Below are positions 1 through 7,011 of a stretch of DNA of 11,116 nucleotides, one piece after another. The notes below the pieces were generated by a model that saw only the letters and a program-made list of their open reading frames with translations, did no database searches and had not been told where the DNA came from. The DNA is from Candidatus Eiseniibacteriota bacterium (GTDB taxonomy: Bacteria > Eisenbacteria > RBG-16-71-46 > SZUA-252). Where the stretch lies: NCBI GenBank assembly GCA_031370645.1, contig JANMQV010000138.1:1-11116 (forward strand). Reading direction: 5' to 3'. The number at the start of each line of letters is the position of its first letter. The first letter of the stretch is position 1. A program made the position numbers and the translations under genes.

Positions 1-1416
1 GCCGAGCGGGGAGTTGATGTTGTCGTTCACGAAGAACGAGGTCGTCTTGAACGTGTCGTTATAGAGATCGATGTCGCGCGTGATGATCGACGGCGGAGCC
101 GTGGCGATCACGCCGAGCGACAGATTGTCGAAGAGCGCGTACGTGTTGCTGTACGCCGAGACGCCGTCGCAGAAGGATGTGGAAAGGTCCTTCACGCCGA
201 GGCGGTACTGAACCGAGTCGCGATTACCCGCCGCGGGGAGCGCAATCCGCTGTCGAGCCCAGTCCTTGTTTCCGCCGTAGTAGACGAAATTCGTCGGATT
301 GCTCCAGAGGCTCCAGTTCGCGTCTCCGACGTTCCGGTACCGATACTCGGGCTCGTAGAAGAAGCAGCCGTTCAGCGGCAGGTTTCGATACACGTCGAAC
401 TCCATGAAGACCGAGTTCGCTCGCGCGGTGGCGATCGGAGGCGTGATGACCACGTTGTTGACGCGCGGCACCATCGTGAGGATCACCGGGTCGAACGCCG
501 TCCAGACTTTCGACGCGTTCGCCGTGCAGATGTCCTCCGTGTAGACGTTATTCCGAATGGTGAAGTAGTCGCCCACGCCCGGGAAGGTCGAGACGAACCA
601 GCTGCCTTGCCCGTTGTTCCCGTTGTCAAAGAATCGGATGTCGGTACCCGACTTGACTGTGACGTTGTCGATCACCCAGCCGTCGCCGTTGTAGAGCCCG
701 TCCGCGGAGGAGTAGCCGACGTCCGAGGTGAAGGTGAACCGGAAGGGAACCGGGATGCCCGGATCGAATTTCGCGCGGATCGTGTCGGGAATGACGCAGG
801 TGAACGTGTCGCAGCCCGCGCCGCTTGGGACCTTACCGGTGAACGTCGCGAGCGGCGTCCACGTCTGGTCGAGGTCGAGCACTTCCACGAATCCGTAGTC
901 ATACCCCGGTTCGGCGTCGAACTTGTGCCGGAAGCCGAGGGTGACGACCTGTCCGAGCGGAATCCCAGTCAGGTCGACGGAGTTTTCCAGATACTGCGTC
1001 CAATCGTTGGCGTAGCCGGCTCGGTTCGAGTCGTAGATCCAGGTCGAGTCGACGTAGCCGCACCACCACTGCTTCCCCTGCCCCGCGCAGGCGAAGAGCG
1101 AATCGATATGCCAGGCGGTCGGCTGGAGCGAGAGATCCTTGTGCGTCCAGCCCCCTTCGTTCGAAGGGCTGGAGAGATTTTCGAGCGTCGTGTTGTAGAC
1201 GTAGACCGTTTCTCCGACCGCCGCCGCACGATTCACCCCGCGAACTCGCGGCGCCGTGGTTCCCGGCGGGAGCTCCCGGACCTCTTGAGTCGGAACGAGC
1301 GCGTTGTTCACCGGAGCGTCTGACCCGGCCGGCGCTTGGTTCGCGGCCGTGGCGGTGCCGAACGAGGCTGCCACAAGACACGAAACGAATAGCAAGAGCG
1401 GGGAGCGAAGTCGCAT
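1..1416 (-). CDS. Secreted multi-beta-sandwich protein with an immune inhibitor A-like MAM/jelly-roll domain; 3' end truncated by the window (at least 472 aa)
   Basis: Not in the ORF track; translated by hand. ATG at 1416-1414 has GGAGG 9 nt upstream on the minus strand, and the frame stays open to base 1. The N-terminus MRLRSPLLLFVSCLVAASFGTATA-A looks like a signal peptide. Motifs FRHKFDAEPGYDYGFVEV and FRFTFTSDVGYSSADG...GWVIDNVTV resemble InhA-type MAM-like domains. A second aromatic-rich sandwich follows (FMEFDVYRNL...VQYRLGVKD...LFDNLSLGV). Third codon positions are strongly G/C. Confidence 0.88.
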   Translation of the reverse strand, partial: MRLRSPLLLFVSCLVAASFGTATAANQAPAGSDAPVNNALVPTQEVRELPPGTTAPRVRGVNRAAAVGETVYVYNTTLENLSSPSNEGGWTHKDLSLQPTAWHIDSLFACAGQGKQWWCGYVDSTWIYDSNRAGYANDWTQYLENSVDLTGIPLGQVVTLGFRHKFDAEPGYDYGFVEVLDLDQTWTPLATFTGKVPSGAGCDTFTCVIPDTIRAKFDPGIPVPFRFTFTSDVGYSSADGLYNGDGWVIDNVTVKSGTDIRFFDNGNNGQGSWFVSTFPGVGDYFTIRNNVYTEDICTANASKVWTAFDPVILTMVPRVNNVVITPPIATARANSVFMEFDVYRNLPLNGCFFYEPEYRYRNVGDANWSLWSNPTNFVYYGGNKDWARQRIALPAAGNRDSVQYRLGVKDLSTSFCDGVSAYSNTYALFDNLSLGVIATAPPSIITRDIDLYNDTFKTTSFFVNDNINSPLG

Positions 1417-1445
1417 GCGGGGAATCCTCCGGGAGCTACAGGGTT

Positions 1446-1515
1446 CGGGGTCCGGGACGCAAGTGGGGGCGCCGACACTTCCGCGCGATCGAAGGGAAAA
1501 CGCGGGGTCCGGGAC
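1446..1515. repeat. Exact 13-bp direct repeat CGGGGTCCGGGAC (two copies)
   Basis: Copies at 1446-1458 and 1503-1515. Each contains the interrupted palindrome GTCC-G-GGAC. Confidence 0.8.
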
Positions 1516-1614
1516 TGATCATGTCGCCTCACACGAGCCGATAACGCCAAGATGTCGCGACAGCCGCTGCCGGGCCTCCGTGGCCGGAGCAAGACAGCGG
1601 AAAATGTGCACCAC

Positions 1615-1643
1615 AGTATACCGCAAATGGGCTCCTCGGGCCA
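1615..1643 (-). promoter_or_regulatory. Candidate sigma70-type promoter for the minus-strand gene
   Basis: TATACT on the minus strand at 1620-1615 sits in a locally AT-richer patch. The -35 position at 17-bp spacing (TGGCCC, 1643-1638) is a poor match. It would give a leader of about 190 nt. Confidence 0.4.
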
Positions 1644-1792
1644 CGAAAATCCGTCTCCGGCCTTCACTTGCGGCGCGGTCCGGGCGATCGAGCGGGAATG
1701 GACGTCGGGACACTCAAGAAGTGGCTCATGGCCGCATTCGGGGTGCCTTCGCGGGCCCGGACAGGATGCCGGAAGCCCACTGGGGCGCGGCG

Positions 1793-1821
1793 TTGTGGGG
1801 TGCGATCCGCTCTGCTATCAT
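1793..1821 (+). promoter_or_regulatory. Candidate sigma70-type promoter with extended -10 for the plus-strand operon
   Basis: TTGTGG (1793-1798), 17-bp spacer, then TATCAT (1816-1821) preceded by TGn (TG at 1813-1814). It overlaps the ATG at 1820. Confidence 0.4.
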
Positions 1822-3301
1822 GCGACGGCATAGGAGAATACGGCGCTGGGTAGGGCTCTCGAGTGTGCTCCTCCTCGCGCTCCTCGTCGCGCCGGTCAGC
1901 GGCGCGGCTGAAGCACCGAGCGATTCGGTCGCGCACGATTCGGAAGGAGCCTCGGCGGCTTGGCTCCCCGACCCGATCGAAATCGTCGACATGCCGGAGC
2001 GGCGCGACGAGCCGCCGGAGGGCTCACGCCTCCGCGCGCAGACGGGCTGGGGAGGCGCCGCGCCGGCTGTCCACCGAATCTGGTGGAATGGCGGCGGGCG
2101 CCCGATTTCGGAAGTGGCATTTTCGAGCGGCTCGAAGAATATGAGCGCGGATGGCGGAGGTGTCGCGCGCTGGGGCGGCCTCCGGATCGGCGCGGGAGCA
2201 TTGGCGCTCCCACAATTCGGACTGCTCGGCGAAACGACGTCACTCACGCGCCGAATTCGAAGTTTTGGCGCGGGCGGCGGCTCGTCCCGCCCCGAGGCGA
2301 TGAGCGCCGCGACCGGAAGCGGAGCCGATCTCGCGGGAGCGGCGATCGCGTGGCGCGGGACGGCGCGGCTTGCGTTGGGACGGCTGCGGCGCGCGAGTGG
2401 CGACGTGGTCGCGCTCGACTGGCGGCGTCATGGTCTCGCCGCCCGAGGAGTGTGGGTGCGCCGAGATGGCCGAACCGCCGGAAGCGGCGGACTCGCCTTC
2501 GAGACGGGGACGCCGGCGACTCGAGCCACATTCGATTTCGCGGCGGGTCCCGCGGGAATTGCGGCGCGATTCGACGCGGCCGCGCGCGCGGGGCCGGTCC
2601 GCGGCGCCGCGCGGTGGCGCTACGAGGAAGGACGGGAGCGTCCGAGCACGCTCGACTTCGAGACGGCCTGGCACTCTTATGCGGCGGCGGCGCGGTTTCG
2701 CTGGCGCTCCTGGAGCGTGGGGGGATCGGCCGAAACGCCCGGCACCTCGACCGCGCGCGGGGGTGCGGACGATGGGCGCGCGGAACTCGATCTCCGCCTA
2801 GGACGCGGCGGCGCGGGGGCGCTCCTCGTTCGAATCGGTTCGAGGCCGAAGCAAGACGACGGTTCGGGCGGAGAACGCTTCGCGATCGGAGATCTGGTCG
2901 TCGCGCGCGAAGCCGGGCGGACGCTTCGCCTCACGGCGGGCGATCGCCTCGTGCAGGCAGGGGAGGGTTGGCGGCGGGGCCGCGCGATGGGAGCCGTGCT
3001 CGAACTCGAACGGCGCCGCCGCGCGTCGCTCACCTTGACCGCCGAGATGGTGCGGGCGGAGGATGGCGCCGGCTCGTATGGCACCGGCCTCGATGTGGCG
3101 GGCGGAGGTTCGATCCGCGCGCGCACGCGCTCCGGCTTTCGGGCCGCGGCGCGCGGGTGGATCGGATTCGGAGCCTGGAGATGCGGCATGGCAGTGGACG
3201 ACGAATCGGCAGGCGGCAACGATGGAACGACCGCCGGAGCGGCACGCGCGCCGCGCGTGAATCTCTGGCTGGCATGGAGCGGCGGTGCGGACGCGCCCTG
3301 A
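1820..3301 (+). CDS. Hypothetical exported protein, probably an outer-membrane beta-barrel (about 493 aa; start uncertain)
   Basis: This is the 3' part of track ORF 1304..3301; the upstream extension overlaps the divergent gene and its leader. From ATG 1820, MRRHRRIRRWVGLSSVLLLALLVAPVSGA is a signal-peptide-like segment. Many alternating amphipathic strands follow (ATFDFAAG, AARWRYE, LDFETAW, ARFRWRSW, AELDLRLG, SLTLTAE, RVNLWLAW). The stop lies 28 nt before the next gene. Confidence 0.6.
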   Translation: MRRHRRIRRWVGLSSVLLLALLVAPVSGAAEAPSDSVAHDSEGASAAWLPDPIEIVDMPERRDEPPEGSRLRAQTGWGGAAPAVHRIWWNGGGRPISEVAFSSGSKNMSADGGGVARWGGLRIGAGALALPQFGLLGETTSLTRRIRSFGAGGGSSRPEAMSAATGSGADLAGAAIAWRGTARLALGRLRRASGDVVALDWRRHGLAARGVWVRRDGRTAGSGGLAFETGTPATRATFDFAAGPAGIAARFDAAARAGPVRGAARWRYEEGRERPSTLDFETAWHSYAAAARFRWRSWSVGGSAETPGTSTARGGADDGRAELDLRLGRGGAGALLVRIGSRPKQDDGSGGERFAIGDLVVAREAGRTLRLTAGDRLVQAGEGWRRGRAMGAVLELERRRRASLTLTAEMVRAEDGAGSYGTGLDVAGGGSIRARTRSGFRAAARGWIGFGAWRCGMAVDDESAGGNDGTTAGAARAPRVNLWLAWSGGADAP

Positions 3302-3329
3302 GCGCGCCGCGATCCCCGCGGGAGGAACA

Positions 3330-4508
3330 ATGCGTTACGCGGAACGGATGAACCTGCTCGGCACCGAGACCGCTTTTGAGGTGCTGGCGAAGGCGCGCGC
3401 GCTCGAGGCGAAGGGGCGCTCGATCGTCCACCTGGAGATCGGCGAGCCCGACTTCGACACCCCCGCCGCCATTCGCGACGCGGCGATCCGGGCGATCCAA
3501 GCGGGCGTGACGCATTACGGGCCCTCGGCCGGAATGCCGGACGTGAAGGAGGCGATCGCGGCCTACATCGCAAAGGATCGAGGCCTCTCGGTCGCTCCGG
3601 ATCAGGTGGTCGTGACACCCGGCGGAAAGCCGATCATCACCTTCTCGATCATGGCCACGGTCGATCCGGGCGATGAAGTGATCGTCCCGAATCCCGGATT
3701 CCCGATCTACGAGTCGGTGGTTCGGTTCGTCGGCGCGAAGCCGGTCCCGGTCGTGCTTCGCGAGGAGCGGAACTTCCAGTTCGGCGCGGCCGACATCGAA
3801 GCGCTTCTCACGCCCAAGACGAAGATGGTGGTCCTCAATTCACCCCACAATCCGACCGGTTCGGTTCTTTCGCCTAAAGACCTCGACGAGATCGCGGCAC
3901 TCCTTCGCGATCGCGACATCTGGGTCCTCTCGGACGAGATCTACTCGAAGGTTCTCTACGAAGGCGTCCATCAGTCGATCGCGACGCGCCCCGGCATGGC
4001 CGAGAAGACGATTCTCCTCGACGGCTTCTCGAAGACGTACGCCATGACCGGCTGGCGCCTCGGCTACGGAATCATGACGCCCGTGCTGGCGAAGCACGTG
4101 GCGCGGCTCGCCACGAACGTCTATTCGCATGCCACGTCGTTCGTGCAGGCCGTGGCGCCGACGGCGCTGAACGGCAAGCAGGACGAGGTCGTGGCGATGG
4201 TGGCCGAATTCCGCCGCCGCCGCGAGGCGATCGTCGCCGGATTGAACGCCATTCCGGGTGTCACCTGCGCCAAACCGGCCGGCGCGTTCTATGTCTTCCC
4301 GAACGTGCGCGGCCTCGGCATGACGAGCGCGGACGTGGAGACGGCGCTCTTGCAAGAGGCGGGCATCGCCGCCCTCTCGGGCACCGCGTTCGGAGCGCAC
4401 GGGGAGGGTTATGTTCGCTTCTCGTACGCGAATTCGATCGAGAACATCCAGGAAGGGCTTCGGCGCCTCGAGACGTTCGTCCAGAGCCACGCCCGCGCCG
4501 CTCGCTGA
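3330..4508 (+). CDS. PLP-dependent aminotransferase class I/II (aspartate aminotransferase subgroup Ib-like), 392 aa
   Basis: GGAGG at 3321-3325 precedes ATG 3330. Family motifs: IGEPDF, THYGPSAG, TPGGK, LNSPHNPTG, SDEIY, GFSKTYAMTGWRLGY (PLP lysine codon 4032-4034), GAFYVF and GYVRFSYA. Confidence 0.95.
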   Translation: MRYAERMNLLGTETAFEVLAKARALEAKGRSIVHLEIGEPDFDTPAAIRDAAIRAIQAGVTHYGPSAGMPDVKEAIAAYIAKDRGLSVAPDQVVVTPGGKPIITFSIMATVDPGDEVIVPNPGFPIYESVVRFVGAKPVPVVLREERNFQFGAADIEALLTPKTKMVVLNSPHNPTGSVLSPKDLDEIAALLRDRDIWVLSDEIYSKVLYEGVHQSIATRPGMAEKTILLDGFSKTYAMTGWRLGYGIMTPVLAKHVARLATNVYSHATSFVQAVAPTALNGKQDEVVAMVAEFRRRREAIVAGLNAIPGVTCAKPAGAFYVFPNVRGLGMTSADVETALLQEAGIAALSGTAFGAHGEGYVRFSYANSIENIQEGLRRLETFVQSHARAAR

Positions 4509-4511
4509 GCC

Positions 4512-5465
4512 ATGGACCGGCTCCCGAAGCGGATCCTGATCACGCTGGGGGGGAACGCCATTCTCCCCTCGCGCGGGACGGGCACGTTCGAGGAGCAGTG
4601 CGCGATCACGCGGCTCACGATGCAGCCGATCGCCGAGTTGGTGAGGGCCGGCGTCGAGGTCGTGCTGAGCCACGGAAACGGGCCGATCGTGGGGAACATC
4701 CTGATCCGAAACGAAGCGGCGCGGGATCAAATCGCGCCGATGCCGCTCGACGTCTGCGGTGCCGATTCGCAGGGCGGGATCGGCTACATGATGCAGCAAT
4801 CGCTCCAGAACGAACTCCGCCGCCAGTCGCTCGACCGGACGGTCGCGACGGTGGTGACGCAGGTCGTCGTGGACGAGCGCGATCCGGCGTTTCGGCGGCC
4901 GACGAAGCCGATCGGCCCCTTCTATCCCGAGGAACGGGCGCGGCTCCTCGCGAAGGAGAAGGGATGGACGATCGTGGAGGACGCGGGGCGGGGTTACCGC
5001 CGCGTCGTCCCGTCGCCGCAGCCGCTCGAAGTCGTGGAGATCGCGGCTATTCGCGGCCTGGTGGACGACGGCGTGATCGTGATCGCCGCCGGCGGCGGGG
5101 GCATCCCCGTTTCGCGGCAGTGGGACGGCGCGCTTCATGGCGTCGAAGCGGTGATCGACAAGGATCTCGCGTCGAGCCTGCTGGGGCGGCTCCTCGGTTG
5201 CGAGACGCTCGTCATCATCACGGGCGTCGACAAGGTGGCGGTCCACTTCAAGAAGCCGGAACAGCGCGACCTCGACGTGACGACGGTCGATGAGTTGGAG
5301 CGCTACCAGAAGGAAGGACACTTTCCGGCCGGCAACATGGGTCCAAAAGTGCAGGCCGCCATCGAGTTCATTCGAGGCGGCGGAAGCGAAGTGATCATCA
5401 CGTCGCCCGAGAAGACGCGGGAGGCGCTCGAGGGGACGACGGGCACGCGCGTGCGCCGCGGCTGA
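4512..5465 (+). CDS. arcC: Carbamate kinase, 317 aa
   Basis: Family motifs: LGGNA, SHGNGP, SQGGIGY, TKPIGPFY, GYRRVVPSPQP, GGGGIPV, GVEAVIDKD and GNMGPKVQAA. It starts 3 nt after the aminotransferase stop. Confidence 0.96.
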   Translation: MDRLPKRILITLGGNAILPSRGTGTFEEQCAITRLTMQPIAELVRAGVEVVLSHGNGPIVGNILIRNEAARDQIAPMPLDVCGADSQGGIGYMMQQSLQNELRRQSLDRTVATVVTQVVVDERDPAFRRPTKPIGPFYPEERARLLAKEKGWTIVEDAGRGYRRVVPSPQPLEVVEIAAIRGLVDDGVIVIAAGGGGIPVSRQWDGALHGVEAVIDKDLASSLLGRLLGCETLVIITGVDKVAVHFKKPEQRDLDVTTVDELERYQKEGHFPAGNMGPKVQAAIEFIRGGGSEVIITSPEKTREALEGTTGTRVRRG

Positions 5466-5490
5466 CGCGGCGAAGGCGAGGGGGAGGACG

Positions 5491-7011
5491 ATGGGCGACA
5501 CGGACGTCGGTCTGAGGATCACGGGGCTCACGCTCGCCGAGGGGGGGCGCTGGGCCGTGAAGGACTTCGCGCTTACGGTTCCCCCCGGCGCCGTCCACGT
5601 CGTCCTCGGCGAACGAGACACCGGGAAGACGGCGCTCCTCGAATCGATCGCGGGATTCCGCGTGGAGGAAAAAGGCTCGATCCGCTTCCCGGGCGCCGAG
5701 GAGGGTGGAAAGGCCGGGACGCGTGCGCGACGCCGCGCCTCCTCGTTTCTGCCGCGCGAAATCGCGCCGAGCGCGCTCCGCGTGTCCGAGCGACTCTCGC
5801 TTCACGAAGCGCCTCGCTGGATCGGGATCGGTCTCGACGCTCGCCGCGCGGAAGAGCAGGCGCGCGAGCGAGCCGCACTGCTCGGGCTCGAACCTCTGCT
5901 CGACGTGCCGCTCGAAGCGCTCCGCCCGCTCGAGCGCCGGTTGGTGGAGCTGGCCGCCGCCCTCGCGGAATCGCCGGCGATCTTGTTGCTCGACGAACCG
6001 ACCGGCGATCTCGGACCGCACGAGGCACGGCAGTTCCTCGCGGCGCTACGCGGTGCGGTGGAACGCGCCAAGATTCCCGCCGTCGTCACGACCACCTGGC
6101 CGCGCGACGCCTACCCCGAGGCCCGCGGCGTGACGATTCTCTGGCGTGGCGCCGCGCCCGTCACCGTGGCGACAGCCGACGTGACCGAAGGGGCGCTTGT
6201 CGAGCGCTGGACCGGCGGTGTCGGCATCAAGCGGACTCCCTCGGGCGCCCACACGGCGGGCGACATGCTACTCCGCGCCGAAGGGCTCGTCCTCCAGGGG
6301 CGCGGCCGCGAAACGTCGCTCGCCGGACTCGACTTCGAAGTGAACGCGGGAGAAGTGCTCGCCATCTGCGGCGCTCCCGCCGACGGGCTCAATCTCCTGC
6401 ACGACATCCTGCTCGGCAGCCGCAGGCCCGCCGAGGGGACGATGCATTTCCTGGGCAAAGACATCGCGCAGGCGCCGCGGCGCTTGCGCGTCGATTCGGG
6501 AATGACGTTCGTGAACCCGCCCCACGCGCGCGATCAATCGATTCTCAATTTCACCGTCGACGAGAACCTGGCGCTCGGGCAGATGCAGGGCCCGCCTTTC
6601 GCCCGCGGCGGGTTTCTCCGCCATGAATCGATCCGCGGAAACGCCGTTCGCGCGCTCCTCGACTTCGACATTCCCGAAACCGAACCCCAAACGCGGTTCG
6701 GCGACTTGAGTCTCGGCATGCGCCAGCGGCTCATCGTGGCGCGCGAGGTGATTCACAATCCGCGGCTCCTCGTCATCCGTTCGCCGGGGCAGGGGCTCTC
6801 GCTCGAGGCGCAGGAGTACGTGCGCCGCACGCTCATTCTCCAGTGCGAGCGAGGGACGGCGCTTCTCTGGCTCACGGAAGAGCCCGAAGAGGCGATGCGC
6901 GTGGCCGACCGCCTGGCGGTGCTCTCAGCGGGGAAACTGGTCTGGATTCCCGTCACGGAGACGATGACGCGCGAGATGATCATCGAAGAGATGTCGGGGG
7001 CCGCGGCGTGA
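5491..7011 (+). CDS. Tandem-NBD ABC transporter ATP-binding protein of the sugar/nucleoside (CUT2) type, with degenerate motifs; 506 aa
   Basis: GGAGG precedes ATG 5491. NBD1 has Walker A GERDTGKT (5608-5631) and Walker B ILLLDEPT. NBD2 has FEVNAGEVLAICG, FTVDENLAL, signature-like LSLGMRQRLIVARE and ADRLAVLSAGKL. The length of about 500 aa fits the family. Confidence 0.88.
   Translation: MGDTDVGLRITGLTLAEGGRWAVKDFALTVPPGAVHVVLGERDTGKTALLESIAGFRVEEKGSIRFPGAEEGGKAGTRARRRASSFLPREIAPSALRVSERLSLHEAPRWIGIGLDARRAEEQARERAALLGLEPLLDVPLEALRPLERRLVELAAALAESPAILLLDEPTGDLGPHEARQFLAALRGAVERAKIPAVVTTTWPRDAYPEARGVTILWRGAAPVTVATADVTEGALVERWTGGVGIKRTPSGAHTAGDMLLRAEGLVLQGRGRETSLAGLDFEVNAGEVLAICGAPADGLNLLHDILLGSRRPAEGTMHFLGKDIAQAPRRLRVDSGMTFVNPPHARDQSILNFTVDENLALGQMQGPPFARGGFLRHESIRGNAVRALLDFDIPETEPQTRFGDLSLGMRQRLIVAREVIHNPRLLVIRSPGQGLSLEAQEYVRRTLILQCERGTALLWLTEEPEEAMRVADRLAVLSAGKLVWIPVTETMTREMIIEEMSGAAA

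Noticed and set aside
1378-1416. Possible lipobox (FVSC, Cys13) in the minus-strand secreted protein
   Set aside because: The -3 residue is non-canonical and the h-region before Cys is short. The hydrophobic stretch continues to an AxA signal peptidase I site.
1436-1500. GGGACGCAAG resembling part of a c-di-GMP-I riboswitch
   Set aside because: The upstream GGCAAA and GNRA-loop P2 elements are missing, and it is antisense to the nearest gene's leader.
1690-1790. GGGAAT...AAGCCCACTGGG fragments resembling a cobalamin riboswitch
   Set aside because: The core CCCGCAACTGT and AGxCAGxAxACC B12-box elements are absent.
1304-1819. N-terminal 172-aa extension of track ORF 1304..3301
   Set aside because: It overlaps the start of the divergent gene and its regulatory region and has no protein-like features. 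A signal-peptide-like segment begins only at ATG 1820.
1698-1853. Small ORF MDVGTLKKWLMAAFGV... in the divergent region
   Set aside because: Weak RBS, no recognisable motif, and it overlaps the candidate promoter and the next gene's start.
1960-3351. 463-aa alternative-frame plus-strand ORF
   Set aside because: It has the Arg-rich low-complexity composition typical of an off-frame GC-rich read, and it overlaps the aminotransferase start.
3840-5621. 593-aa antisense ORF, and similar ones at 607..1323, 6753..7622, 8143..8799, 8910..9581 and 10083..10979
   Set aside because: These are shadow ORFs opposite well-supported genes, expected from high-GC codon bias, with no recognisable motifs.
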